Position numbers and translations under genes: made by a program
Assembly: GCA_963828165.1 (NCBI GenBank)
Contig: CAWHDR010000001.1
Coordinates: 1,408,001 to 1,472,000, forward strand
Direction: 5' to 3'
Origin: an uncultured Chloroflexia bacterium
GTDB lineage: Bacteria > Chloroflexota > Limnocylindria > Limnocylindrales > CSP1-4
DNA length: 64,000 nucleotides
In this document: positions 25,759-35,986 of the stretch, one piece after another
Position numbering within the stretch: the first letter of the stretch is position 1
Layout: each line of letters opens with the position of its first letter
Notes under the pieces: model-generated
The model's input: only the letters and a program-made list of their open reading frames with translations
Told to the model about the DNA's origin: nothing
Databases searched by the model: none

Positions 25759-26772
25759 ATGGCGACCACGACTGCCGCCTTGCCGCGCCGCAGCGCGAGT
25801 GCCCGAGCCAGGCGTGGCATCGCGCCGTACCTGTATCTCGTCCCTGCGTTCCTCGTGATGGCGATCATCACCTTCTACCCGCTGGCCTTCCAGGTCTGGA
25901 TGTCCTTCCACGACTTCGGGCAGATCAACTTCCGCGTGCGGAACCCGGTCCCGGCGGAATTCATCGGACTCGACAACTACGTTCGGATCGCCACGTCCCA
26001 GCTCCAGATCCCGAACTTCGAGTTCGTCCGCCTCGTCCTGTTCAACCTCTGGTGGGCGTTCAGCAACGTGGTGGTCCACGTCGTCATCGGCGTGTTCGTC
26101 GCCGTCCTGCTCAACACCAAGGGCCTCAAGTTCCGGGGCTTCTACCGGGCGATCTTCATCCTGCCGGTCGTCATCCCGCCGATCATCGTCGCGACCGTCT
26201 GGCGCAACATGTTCGACCCGAGTGCCGGAGCCGTGAACCTGGGCCTGCAGGGCATCGGAGGCCTGTTCGGTATCTCCCCGGACCATCCGGCCTTCAATCT
26301 GGACTGGTTGCGGCAGCCGAACGATCCGATCTCGTGGATCCCATTGCCACTGGCATTCTTCGCGATGATCACGGCCAACAGCTGGCTGGGCTGGCCACTC
26401 AACTCGGTCGTCGCGACCGGCGCGTTGCAGTCGATCCCGGGCGAGCTCTACGAGGCCGCGGAGATGGACGGCGCCAACGCGTGGCAGAAGTTCAAAGCCG
26501 TCACCCTTCCGTTCCTTCGGCCGGCGATGCTGCCGTACGCGATCTACGGCTTCGTCATCACCTTCAACCTCTTCTTCCTGCCGTACTTCATGACCCAGGG
26601 TGAGCCGTTCGGGCGGACGGAGATCCTGGTGACGCAGGCGTATCGACTCGCTGCGGAGCGCCGCCTGTTCGGCGTGGCGGCGGCCTTCAGCGTGTACCTG
26701 TTCTTCCTCCTCCTGATCGTGACCCTGCTCACCAACCGGATGGCGAAAGCGACGAAGAGCTATGCCGACTGA
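25759..26772 (+). CDS. Carbohydrate ABC permease (MalF-like)
   Basis: FIGLDNY, LQSIPGELYEAAEMDGA..WQKF..VTLP EAA motif. Confidence 0.93.
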   Translation: MATTTAALPRRSASARARRGIAPYLYLVPAFLVMAIITFYPLAFQVWMSFHDFGQINFRVRNPVPAEFIGLDNYVRIATSQLQIPNFEFVRLVLFNLWWAFSNVVVHVVIGVFVAVLLNTKGLKFRGFYRAIFILPVVIPPIIVATVWRNMFDPSAGAVNLGLQGIGGLFGISPDHPAFNLDWLRQPNDPISWIPLPLAFFAMITANSWLGWPLNSVVATGALQSIPGELYEAAEMDGANAWQKFKAVTLPFLRPAMLPYAIYGFVITFNLFFLPYFMTQGEPFGRTEILVTQAYRLAAERRLFGVAAAFSVYLFFLLLIVTLLTNRMAKATKSYAD

Positions 26773-26799
26773 CCGCCCGACCTCGACGGAGACCGACCG

Positions 26800-27760
26800 A
26801 TGACCGCTGTTGCCACGACCGGGATCACGCGCCGACTGCTCGACCGCGGCATCCGTCGTTCCAAGCCCACGGACGAGTGAGCGGAAGCTGGCGCTCGGCC
26901 GCCAGCTCATCATCCAGGTCATCCTCCTGCTGATCACGTTGACGGTGCTCTTCCCGCTCATCTGGATCTTCAGCATGGCGCTCGATCCCCGAAACCTGGC
27001 CCGGCCCGATGGTCTTGACCTCATCCCACCCGGGGCATCGCTCGAGGCCTTCGGCAAGGTGATCGCGCAGCCCACGAGCAATCCGATCTCATTCATCGAG
27101 CTCGCGTTGAACAGCCTGAAGGTCGCGATCGGAAGCTCCGTGATCGCGGTCGGGCTCGGCATCACCGCCGCGTATGCGTTCTCGCGGCTGAAGTTCCGCG
27201 GCCGCGCGTGGCTGATGATCGCGGTCCTCGGCGTGCTGATGTTGCCGTCCGTGGCGACGATCATCCCGCTGTTCATCTTCCTGAACCAGTTCCGGATCGA
27301 GTTCGGCGATCTGACCTTCAACCTGCGCAACTCCCTCGTCGGGGTGACGCTGGCCGTGATCGCCGGCCAGCTGCCCTTTGCGATCTGGAATCTGAAGGGC
27401 TATCTCGACACGATCCCGCGAGACCTCGAGGAGGCGGCGGCCGTCGACGGAGCGACGCAGAACCAGATCTTCCGCAAGGTCGTCCTGCCGCTCGCGATCC
27501 CAGCGATCGCGGTGACGGGCTTCCTGGGCTTCCTCGGTGGTTGGACGGAATACCTGACCGTCGCGCTGTTCGTCAGCGAGGTCAGCGACTGGACGCTGTC
27601 ACTGGCGCTCAACAGCATGGTCGGGCAGTTCGCGCGGACCACGAACTGGTCCCAGTTCGCGGCGTTCGCCATCCTGTTCGCGGCCCCCGTCTCGATCGTG
27701 TTCTTCGTCTTCCAGCGCTACCTCGTTGGCGGCCTGGCCGTCGGTGGCGTGAAGGGCTGA
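26800..27760 (+). CDS. Carbohydrate ABC permease (MalG-like); probable +1 frameshift near 26867
   Basis: AYAFSR, IWNLKGYLDTIPRDLEEAAAVDGA, GGVKG*; ATG 26800 with GGAG SD reads out of frame with the body. Confidence 0.9.
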
Positions 27761-28160
27761 GCCTCGGCCTCAGCGGACATTCGTCGCAGGTGGAGCGCGT
27801 CGAACCACGGCTTGTGCCGGAGCAGGATCGCCACGACCAGGACGTCGGCGATCCCGAGCATCAATGAGAGTGGACTCGCGCCGGCGCCGAGCAGGTCCAG
27901 GAACCCGAGCACGGCCGCAAGGTTGATGCCCACGAGCCAGAAGCGACCGAGCCGGATGAGCAGGCCGACCACGATCGATCCGATCGCCAGCACGATCGTC
28001 ACGGCGAAGAGCGGCTCGGTCCCCGGCGGAAGGCCCGGCATGCTGGAGATCCCGCCGATCAGGTTGACGACGCCTCCGACGATCAGGAGCGCGGCCGCCA
28101 GCTCGACCGCGATCGGCCGCGGCGGCGGTGGCGGCCCCGGCGTGTCCGCGACCAGGTCCG
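27718..28160 (-). CDS. Small membrane protein (start uncertain)
   Basis: PPPPRPIAVELAAALLIVGG... four hydrophobic segments, ending RHKPWFD; no canonical in-frame start upstream of 28041. Confidence 0.55.
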
Positions 28161-28185
28161 ACTCCGTCGGGGCGTGTGTGGCGCG

Positions 28186-29886
28186 TCACACGCCGAGCTC
28201 GATGACGACGGCTCCGCGCGGGCCGAGTCGCGGGACCGGGACGTAGGCGTCGAACCCGCCGGTCGTGCCAACGACGGGATCGGCGGCCGCCCCCGACCCG
28301 TAGACGACGCGCGCGGATGGCGCGCCGCACAACGGCCCGTCATCGAGGCTGAGGACCGGGGACTCCACCGTCTCGTCGGCAAGGTTGACCATGACGAGCA
28401 GCGCCTGTCCGGGCACGTAGCGGAGATACGCGACGACCGACGGAGCCGCCGCCTCGACGGGGAGCTGATCGCCGATCGCCAGCGCCCGAGATGCCGTCCT
28501 CAGGCCGACCAATGATCGGTAGGCGGACAACAGCGAGCCGGGGTCCGACGCTTCCGTGGCGACGTCTGTCCCGGCCGGGTCATCGCCGAGCGGTTGCCAC
28601 GGTGCGGCTTCGCTGAACCCGGCCGCCGGCTCCGATGCGTCCCAGCGCATCGGCGTCCGGATGCGCTCGTCCGGCTTCCTGCCAGTCAGCCCGAGCTCCT
28701 CGCCGTAATAGATGAACGGCGTTCCCGTACCGGTCAGGAGGATCGTCGCAGCGGCCCGCGCGGCGTCGACGTCCGCGTCCAGCTCGCTGATGACCCGGTC
28801 CTGGTCGTGGTTCGTCAGGAACGTCGCGAGGCCCCCGGGCGGATAGAGCTCCGCAACCTCTCGCTGCGCCGCGCGGAGCGACCCGGCGTCTCCCGACCGC
28901 AGCGAGGTGATCGTGGCGCTCGCGAGCCCGAAGTCGAACGTCAGATCGAGCGCACCTTCCGTGACGTAGCGCGCCGACATCGAGGACGCGTCCCAGACCT
29001 CGCCCAGCACCAGCGCCTCGGGCTTGGCCTCCTTCAGCGCGCCCCGGAACTCGACCAGCCAATCGAAGGTCGCTTCGGAGTTCTCCAGCTGCCGGCCGTC
29101 CTCGATCAGGTGGCGTGCGGCATCGATCCGGAAGCCGGCGACGCCCATCTCCTCGAGCCAGAACTCGCCGATCGAGCCGAGTTCCGACGTGACCTCCAGA
29201 TTCTCGAGGTTGAGATCCGGCATCCCGTCCCAGAAATAGCCGTAGTAGAACCGCTCACCGTCGGCGTGCCAGACGCGACTCCCGTCGGACCGTGCCACGG
29301 CTGGGCGTTCGTCGGCCCAGATGTACCAATCGTCGTGCTCGGATCCAGGGGTCCGGGCATCCTGGAACCACGGGTGATCCCGAGAGCTGTGGTTGATGAC
29401 GAAGTCGACGACGATGGCGATGCCGCGCTCATCCGCTGCCGCCACCAGCGCCTTGAAGTCGTCGGCGGTGCCGTAGTCGGCCTCGATCGCCCGATAGTCG
29501 ACGACGTCGTAGCCGTGGTAGCTGGGCGACTCGGCGATGGGCATCAACCAGAGTCCGGTGACGCCAAGATCGTCATCCGTGGCCGGGTCGCCGTCGTTCA
29601 GGTAGTCGAGGCGCTCGGTGAGCCCGCGCAGATCGCCGATACCGTCGCCGTCCGAGTCGGCGAAACTTCGGACGAACACCTCGTAGAAGACGCGGTCGGC
29701 CCACCACGGGACGGCCGGCTCGACCGAGGGGACCTCGGGACAGGCAGGCGGGCTGGAGACGACGGCCTGGCTCGCCCCGACGGTTCGTTCGGGCGCTGAT
29801 GGGCCAGCCGTCGGCGTGGCGCTCGCACAGGCTGACACGACGATCGAGAACGCGACGAACGCCGCGACCACAGCACGGGAGGACAT
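28186..29886 (-). CDS. GH13 alpha-amylase family lipoprotein
   Basis: Lipobox VSAC; FYEVFVRSFADSDGDGIGDL, WLMPI..SPSYHGYD, DFVINH, GFRIDAARH, FLTNHD, IYYGEE. Confidence 0.93.
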   Translation of the reverse strand: MSSRAVVAAFVAFSIVVSACASATPTAGPSAPERTVGASQAVVSSPPACPEVPSVEPAVPWWADRVFYEVFVRSFADSDGDGIGDLRGLTERLDYLNDGDPATDDDLGVTGLWLMPIAESPSYHGYDVVDYRAIEADYGTADDFKALVAAADERGIAIVVDFVINHSSRDHPWFQDARTPGSEHDDWYIWADERPAVARSDGSRVWHADGERFYYGYFWDGMPDLNLENLEVTSELGSIGEFWLEEMGVAGFRIDAARHLIEDGRQLENSEATFDWLVEFRGALKEAKPEALVLGEVWDASSMSARYVTEGALDLTFDFGLASATITSLRSGDAGSLRAAQREVAELYPPGGLATFLTNHDQDRVISELDADVDAARAAATILLTGTGTPFIYYGEELGLTGRKPDERIRTPMRWDASEPAAGFSEAAPWQPLGDDPAGTDVATEASDPGSLLSAYRSLVGLRTASRALAIGDQLPVEAAAPSVVAYLRYVPGQALLVMVNLADETVESPVLSLDDGPLCGAPSARVVYGSGAAADPVVGTTGGFDAYVPVPRLGPRGAVVIELGV

Positions 29887-30059
29887 CGATTGGAGTATCG
29901 CATCGGCCGAGAGCGGGGCGGTCATATCGGTACGCCGCGACGACGGCGCGGGCGTGCGTTGCCAGGTCCGCGCGCTCGCTCCCGCGCCTCGGGTGCGCTC
30001 GCTCCCGTGCTCCCCGGCGCCTTCGCCCTCACCGCCGCGCGACGCGCAAGGCCGTTCGA

Positions 30060-31580
30060 GTGAGCGTCGATACGCCCGGCTGGGTGCGGGACGCGGCGTT
30101 CTATCAGATCTTCCCGGATCGGTTCGCCGCCAGCGACCGCGTGCGCAAGCCCGGTTCGGTGGAGCCGTGGGACACGCCACCGACCACACACGGCTTCAAG
30201 GGCGGCGACCTGCTGGGGATCGTGGATCGACTCGACTACCTCGAGGATCTCGGCGTCAACGCGATCTACATGACGCCCATCTTCCAGTCCGCCTCGAACC
30301 ATCGCTACCACACGTACGACTACTTCACGGTCGACCCGCTGCTCGGCGGCGACGCGGCACTCCGCGAATTGCTCGATCGAGCCCACGAGCGCGAGATCCG
30401 CGTCGTCCTCGACGGCGTCTTCAATCACACCGGTCGCGGGTTCTGGGCCTTCCATCACATCCTCGAGGCCGGGGCCGCATCGCCCTACCGCGACTGGTTC
30501 CACCTCGATCCCGACGTGCTCGCCGGTCACCGGCTGTTGACGCCGTACCCGCCGCTCGATGCTCCGACCGGCTTCTCGCTCGGGTACAAGGCATGGTGGG
30601 GCCTCCCGGCGCTCCCGAAGATCAACACCGACCACCCCGACGCCCGGGAATTCCTCATGTCGGTCGCGGAGCACTGGCTGCGCTTCGGCATCGACGGCTG
30701 GCGGCTGGACGTCCCGACCGAGATCGACGACCCGTCGTTCTGGGCGGAATTCCGGCGACGATGCCGGGCGATCCGCCCCGACGCGTATCTCGTGGGCGAG
30801 ATCTGGGAAGTCGCGCCGGACTGGGTCGGCGACGATGGCTTCGATGCGCTCATGGACTATCCGCTGGGCGAAGCGATCCTGGGGTTCGTCGGCGGGCCCA
30901 GCCTGGATATGGGCGTGGTCCGAGCCCACCACGAGTACCGCCGGCATCTCCGGCGACTCGACGGTCCCGCCTTTGGGACTCGCCTCGACGAGCTGCTGGG
31001 CGTGTACGACCCGGACGTCGTCGCGGTGCAGCTCAACCTCATCGGATCGCACGACGCACCACGGGCGCTGGCGGTCCTGGGCGGGGATCTCGCGGCGCTG
31101 CGCATGGCGACGCTGCTCCAGTGCACCTTGCCCGGGGCCCCGTCCATCTACTACGGCGACGAGATCGGCCTGACGGGCGGCAACGATCCGGCCAACCGCG
31201 CTTCCTTCCCGTGGGACGCGGATCGCTGGGATGCCGCGCTGCACCGCTATGTCCGGTCGCTGCTCCGGCTGCGATCGTCCGAGCCCGCCCTGCGGCATGG
31301 ATCGACGATCGCCCTCGCCGCGGCCGGTGCGGCATTCGCCTTCGAGCGACGCCTGGACGGAGGGCGCCTCGTCGTCGCCGTCAACGCTGGCGTGGATGCG
31401 GCCGTCCTCGAGGCGTCACTAGAGGGCGTCGACCGGGGACGGCTCGAGCCCGTGGACCTCGACGGCGCCGAGCCTGATGGCCCCACGGCTGGCGCCGACG
31501 AGACCGTTGAGGTCATTTCCGGGGCGGTCCGCTTGGTCGTCCCGGCACGCACGGGGCGGGTCCTGCGTCTCGCGGACTGA
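30060..31580 (+). CDS. GH13 neopullulanase/cyclomaltodextrinase family glycosidase
   Basis: YQIFPDRF, GGDLLGI, SNHRYHT, DGVFNHTG, DGWRLDV, GSHD, IYYGDE. Confidence 0.95.
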   Translation: MSVDTPGWVRDAAFYQIFPDRFAASDRVRKPGSVEPWDTPPTTHGFKGGDLLGIVDRLDYLEDLGVNAIYMTPIFQSASNHRYHTYDYFTVDPLLGGDAALRELLDRAHEREIRVVLDGVFNHTGRGFWAFHHILEAGAASPYRDWFHLDPDVLAGHRLLTPYPPLDAPTGFSLGYKAWWGLPALPKINTDHPDAREFLMSVAEHWLRFGIDGWRLDVPTEIDDPSFWAEFRRRCRAIRPDAYLVGEIWEVAPDWVGDDGFDALMDYPLGEAILGFVGGPSLDMGVVRAHHEYRRHLRRLDGPAFGTRLDELLGVYDPDVVAVQLNLIGSHDAPRALAVLGGDLAALRMATLLQCTLPGAPSIYYGDEIGLTGGNDPANRASFPWDADRWDAALHRYVRSLLRLRSSEPALRHGSTIALAAAGAAFAFERRLDGGRLVVAVNAGVDAAVLEASLEGVDRGRLEPVDLDGAEPDGPTAGADETVEVISGAVRLVVPARTGRVLRLAD

Positions 31581-31623
31581 GGCCCACCGTCCGCTCGGGC
31601 GCGTCGCCCTATACTCGCGTCCC

Positions 31624-32238
31624 GTGGCAGACCTTCCGATCGACTTGGCGCCCCCGCTCGCCGCACGACTCGCCCGGGCGCTGGATGTCGAGGGAAAGCT
31701 CACCCGTGCGCTCGACGACCTCGGGCCGATCAGGGATCGAGATGTGGTCCTCGTCGATGGCGCCGGCGGACTCCGCGCGCGGCAGCTCACCGAGCTCGAC
31801 GCACGGGTCACGCTCGTCGACTCGAATGGACCGGCGCGCTTCGCTGCGCCCCATGGCTCCGCCGACGTGGTCGTCGCGTTCTGGTCGGCGTTTCGGGACG
31901 GAGCCCTCGATCAAGTCGGGCAGGCTCGGCGGCTGCTGCGGCCCGGCGGCCGGTTACTCGCGGTCCACGACTATGGCCGGGACGACGTTGCGGGCCTGCG
32001 TGGCGAGCTGCCCGAGCACAGCACGTGGAGCCGGCGCGACGGGCCCTTCCTGAGCCAGGATTTCAAGGTTCGGGTGGTGCATTGCTGGTGGACGTTCGAA
32101 TCCATCGAGGCGGCCCGCAGTTTCCTGGAGGACGCGTTCGGGGCGGCGGGACGTTCGCTGGGTGGCCGCTTGACCCGGCCCCGCGTGTCCTACAACCTCG
32201 CGATCTATCACCGCACCTTCGGGGAGGCACAGGCATGA
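31624..32238 (+). CDS. Methyltransferase-fold-like hypothetical protein
   Basis: VVLVDG.GG, ADVVV, RLLRPGGRLL motifs; TATACT -10 upstream. Confidence 0.6.
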   Translation: MADLPIDLAPPLAARLARALDVEGKLTRALDDLGPIRDRDVVLVDGAGGLRARQLTELDARVTLVDSNGPARFAAPHGSADVVVAFWSAFRDGALDQVGQARRLLRPGGRLLAVHDYGRDDVAGLRGELPEHSTWSRRDGPFLSQDFKVRVVHCWWTFESIEAARSFLEDAFGAAGRSLGGRLTRPRVSYNLAIYHRTFGEAQA

Positions 32239-32624
32239 CCGACCGGACGCGCCGGCCACCGGTGGATCGACGCCCGGACCCTTCGGGGCGGCCCGGTTCC
32301 GCGCCGACCACGTCCGCCGGACGACGGATCTCGCCGGGTCTCGTCTTCCTCGTGCTGGCGATCGTCGGCTCGATCGCCTACATGGCCTACACCATCACCG
32401 TTCGCGACACCTCGCAGATCCCGTTGCTCGCGTCCGGGGCCGTGGTCCTGGCCATCGTGTTCGGGGCACTTGCGGCGTACTGCCTCCGGTCGATCTGGCG
32501 TTCCGGGACGGACGGGCGTGGCGGCCGGACCATCCTCGTTGCCCTGGTCGGCGGCGGTGCGGCGATCGCCGCCGCGGGCTTCGCGGCCGGCGCGGTCATC
32601 CTGTTCCAGGTCGCGAGCGGGTAA
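32235..32624 (+). CDS. Small 3-TM membrane protein
   Basis: GGAGG SD, ATGA overlap with upstream gene, hydrophobic helices. Confidence 0.7.
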   Translation: MTDRTRRPPVDRRPDPSGRPGSAPTTSAGRRISPGLVFLVLAIVGSIAYMAYTITVRDTSQIPLLASGAVVLAIVFGALAAYCLRSIWRSGTDGRGGRTILVALVGGGAAIAAAGFAAGAVILFQVASG

Positions 32625-32695
32625 CGCCGGGACGGCCGTCGCACCTGGGTCGCTCGGGGACCCTCTGCTAGACTCGGGCCTCGGCGCGCCAGCGT

Positions 32696-32772
32696 GCCCC
32701 CATCGTCTAGAGGCCTAGGACGCCACCCTTTCAAGGTGGAGATCAGGGGTTCGAATCCCCTTGGGGGTACCA
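32696..32772 (+). tRNA. tRNA-Glu(TTC)
   Basis: GCCCCCA acceptor / TGGGGGT-A-CCA; anticodon loop CTTTCAA; GGTTCGAATCC T-loop; TAGACT -10 upstream. Confidence 0.97.
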
Positions 32773-32942
32773 CCTCCGCCCTTGGTCGTGCCCGGCGGGT
32801 CCTATCCCCGGACGGTGGCCCGGCCTCCGGTCGCTGCGGCGCATGCGCCTGACGCTCCCTCCGCCGGACGCGGCCCGGTGCCACCCGCCGACCCTGGCCT
32901 GGCCTCGGGTCCGCGGCCACCCTGCCTGCTACCATCGGTCGC

Positions 32943-33323
32943 GTGGAGATCATGGGCGTCCGGATCCGGACGATCATCAGTGACAACGTCGCGAAGCGCT
33001 GCGACGGTTGTGGCCAGATCATCGAGGGCACGCCGTGGCGCGTGAACCTCCTCGACATCGTCACCGCCGAGACACCGGTCTCCTGGACGGCGAGGCCTGC
33101 GATCAACCCGGGCCCGTTCCAGTTCCATGGCGATGCTGCCTGCGTCCGCCTCTGGATGGCGGCGCGCGGCTACCTGTTCTGCCGTCGCGGCGAGGTCCGC
33201 GAGATCATGCGCCCGGTGCCCATTCCAGGCTCCGACGAAGCGGACGGTGAAGCCGCGGCGCTCGGAGCCCTGGGTCTGTGCGATGGCATCCATCGCGACG
33301 ATCACGAGTTCGTCCCCGCCTGA
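32943..33323 (+). CDS. Hypothetical Cys/His-rich protein (putative metal-binding)
   Basis: CDGC, FHGDAAC, CRRG, LCDGIHRDDH; high-GC3 codon usage; TACCAT -10. Confidence 0.7.
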   Translation: MEIMGVRIRTIISDNVAKRCDGCGQIIEGTPWRVNLLDIVTAETPVSWTARPAINPGPFQFHGDAACVRLWMAARGYLFCRRGEVREIMRPVPIPGSDEADGEAAALGALGLCDGIHRDDHEFVPA

Positions 33324-33340
33324 GCCCGGCCACGACTGGA

Positions 33341-33934
33341 TCACGGAGCAGCGGGGGCAAGGTCCGCATAAGTGGGCGTTGTCAGGACGCCGAACGCGTC
33401 CAGCGGCCAATAGCGAAGCCACGCACGCCCGATGAGCTGGCCTGTCTTGACCGGCCCGAAGGTGCGCGAATCCGCCGAGTTGGATCGATGGTCGCCCATC
33501 AGGAAGAGCTCGCCGTTCGCGATCGACCAGCTCGACTGATCCTGGGCGGCGGTCGTGGCCGGTGCCCCGTCGTCGCTGAGGACGTACGGCTCATCAAGCG
33601 GCCGATCATCGATGTAGACGAGTCCGTCGTCGCGGATCTCGACGGTGTCGCCGGCCACGCCGATCACGCGCTTGATGTATGGCGTGCCGTCGCTGTCGAC
33701 CCAGTCCGCCGGTGGCGTGAACACGACGATGTCACCCCGTTCGTATGCGTCGAACCGAGGGGTAAGCTTGTCCACCAGCACGTACTGCTCAGGCTCCAGG
33801 GTGTGCTGCATGGACTTCAGCTTGACCTGATACGGCTGAGCGATGAAGTTCTGGATCACGACGAAGATGATCAGTGTCAGTACGAGGGTCTCGACGATCT
33901 CGAAAAGACACCCGACTGCGGGTCGTTTGGTCAC
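33341..33934 (-). CDS. lepB: Signal peptidase I
   Basis: SMQHTL, RGDIVVF, YIKRVIG, MGDHRSNSADSR. Confidence 0.96.
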   Translation of the reverse strand: MTKRPAVGCLFEIVETLVLTLIIFVVIQNFIAQPYQVKLKSMQHTLEPEQYVLVDKLTPRFDAYERGDIVVFTPPADWVDSDGTPYIKRVIGVAGDTVEIRDDGLVYIDDRPLDEPYVLSDDGAPATTAAQDQSSWSIANGELFLMGDHRSNSADSRTFGPVKTGQLIGRAWLRYWPLDAFGVLTTPTYADLAPAAP

Positions 33935-33991
33935 AGGTCCGGGAGTATAGGGCGGTCCTTTCGCTGGCCCGACCCACGCGAAATCCCACGT

Positions 33992-34068
33992 TTGACACCC
34001 CGAGTCGAGCGGTCCTATCCTCCGCTCGCCGGGCCGACATCTCGGTACCTAGATTTACCCAGATTTCT
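33992..34068 (+). promoter_or_regulatory. Promoter (TTGACA-18-TATCCT) with downstream AGATTT direct repeats
   Basis: TTGACA 33992, TATCCT 34016; AGATTT at 34051 and 34061. Confidence 0.5.
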
Positions 34069-34146
34069 CATGCCGACCGGCCGCCCAGTCGTCCTCCCCC
34101 ACGGCCGAGCCGTTCGTCGGCGCCACTCCGTCGCCCCGAGGTCAGC

Positions 34147-34830
34147 GTGCCCGACGTCACCGCAACCGCCACCCACGACGATCGCTGGTTATCGCTCGGC
34201 CCGGCCAGTCGGCTCCTCGGCATCGACCCCGACACCCTTCGCCGCTGGGCCGACGAAGGACGGGTCGAGGCCTGGACAACGCCCGGCGGCCACCGGCGAT
34301 TCGACCGGCGTGCCCTGGAACGGATGGCGACGGACCGTCGGCGCGGCGTCGGCCGGCCACTGGCCAGCATGGGCGCCTCGCCGGAGCGGCTCAACCGGGT
34401 CTATCGGCGGCACTACGCCGCTGATGCGAGCGCGGGCCTGCAGGTGTCCTCACCACGCGACGTTGCGGATCGGGAGGCGTATCGCCAGGACGGGCGGCGC
34501 CTGATCGCTGCGCTCATCGATTTCCTCGACAGCGATGCCAACGCTGCCCCGACCCGAGAGCTCCTTGAAGACGAGGCGCGCGCGATCGTCGACGACCAGG
34601 CCATTCGGATGGCCGCGGCCGGAAGCAGCCTGACCGAGGCGGTCTCGAGCTTCGTGGCAGGGCGCCAGCCGTTCCTGGCCGAGCTTGCCGGGCTCGGCCG
34701 GAGTCGATCGCTGGATCCGACCCGCCTGGCGGCGCTCTACGGCGACGCGTCCGCGATCCTCGATCGCCTGCTGCTGCGCTTCATCGCCACCCACCAGCGA
34801 CCCGGCGCGACCGGGCCGACATCGGGCTGA
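34147..34830 (+). CDS. BldC/excisionase-like (MerR-type HTH) regulator with helical C-terminal domain
   Basis: WLSLGPASRLLGIDPDTLRRWADEGRV...TPGGHRRF. Confidence 0.85.
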   Translation: MPDVTATATHDDRWLSLGPASRLLGIDPDTLRRWADEGRVEAWTTPGGHRRFDRRALERMATDRRRGVGRPLASMGASPERLNRVYRRHYAADASAGLQVSSPRDVADREAYRQDGRRLIAALIDFLDSDANAAPTRELLEDEARAIVDDQAIRMAAAGSSLTEAVSSFVAGRQPFLAELAGLGRSRSLDPTRLAALYGDASAILDRLLLRFIATHQRPGATGPTSG

Positions 34831-34833
34831 CCA

Positions 34834-35940
34834 GTGGACGCCAGCATCGTCCTCCCCGCGATCACGTCCGTGCTCGCCCTCGTCTTCAGCGTCGGGCTGT
34901 TCGACCAGTGGCGCGTACGTCGTGGCAGCTTCCAGCTCATCTGGGGCTTCGGGATGCTGTTCTACGGCATCGCGGCGGGCGCGGAGGCGCTCGCGGGATT
35001 CGGCGGCTGGAACGAGGGCCTGTACCGCACGTGGTACCTGACCGGCGCCGTCTGGACGGCGGGTTGGCTCGGTCTCGGGACGGCATTCCTGCTCGGCCGG
35101 ACGCGGTTCGGCTACAGCTTCGCATTGTGCCTGCTCCTGGCAGGCATCTTCACGCTGCTGACACAGCGCCGGTACGACTACCCGGGCGCCGGCTCGGCGC
35201 CGATCCTCTATCTCATCGCCGCGATCATCCTCGCCATCGCCGTCGCGGTCGAGACCTACTTCCAGAACGAGCGCTGGCCGGTCCTCGCGGCGGGAGCCGT
35301 GGTCGGTGCGACCGTCCTGTCGGCCGTGTTGATGTTGACGGTCGCGATCGCGCCGCCCGGGTATGCGCTCGACCCTCGGACCGCGATGCCCATCGGGGAC
35401 TTGTTTCCTGGCACGCTGCGCCTGCTGACGCCCTTCCTGAACATCACCGGCGCGCTTGCCCTGGTCCTGGGGGCGATCTTCAGTACGTACGTGTTCATGC
35501 CCAAGAAGCGGGTGCTGCCCTACTCGCTCGATCCCAACCAGCCTGGCGATGAGTTCCTCTTCAACCTGCTCATCGCCCCCGTGGCGATCCTCGTGAACTT
35601 CGTCGCCTCCCTGCCCGGCGCCGTTCGGGCGCTGGTGACGGGTCGCATCCACAGTCGCGTCCCGGCGACGATCCTCATCGCCATCGGCGGGTTCATCCCG
35701 GCGATCACCGATTCGCTCAACAGGTTCGGCTCGACCGAGCTGTTCCAGCTCGGCAAGTTCCTCGGCGTGCTCTTCCTGTTCGCCGGGTTCCTCGTCTCGA
35801 TCGAGGTGTTTCGCGAGATCCGGGTCCCGTTCACCGGGATCCAGCTTGGCGGGACGCGCCGGGAACCTCGCGGTGTGACGCCGTCGGATGCGGTGGATGC
35901 GCCCGGCGGTCGTCACGCGGGCACGGCGCACCCGCGCTGA
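34834..35940 (+). CDS. Multi-pass integral membrane protein of unknown function
   Basis: About 10 hydrophobic helices; YRTWYLTGA, WLGLGT motifs. Confidence 0.8.
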   Translation: MDASIVLPAITSVLALVFSVGLFDQWRVRRGSFQLIWGFGMLFYGIAAGAEALAGFGGWNEGLYRTWYLTGAVWTAGWLGLGTAFLLGRTRFGYSFALCLLLAGIFTLLTQRRYDYPGAGSAPILYLIAAIILAIAVAVETYFQNERWPVLAAGAVVGATVLSAVLMLTVAIAPPGYALDPRTAMPIGDLFPGTLRLLTPFLNITGALALVLGAIFSTYVFMPKKRVLPYSLDPNQPGDEFLFNLLIAPVAILVNFVASLPGAVRALVTGRIHSRVPATILIAIGGFIPAITDSLNRFGSTELFQLGKFLGVLFLFAGFLVSIEVFREIRVPFTGIQLGGTRREPRGVTPSDAVDAPGGRHAGTAHPR

Positions 35941-35986
35941 GGGCTCGCACGGGCGGGGGAGCGGGCTGCGGCCCTACCATGACCGG

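Noticed and set aside
32696-33340. tRNA-Glu as integration site of a genomic island
   Set aside because: No integrase, no duplicated tRNA 3' end seen, and flanking genes have native composition
34147-34830. Excisionase indicating a prophage or ICE
   Set aside because: HTH is fused to a long C-terminal domain and lies among host genes with no integrase or phage genes
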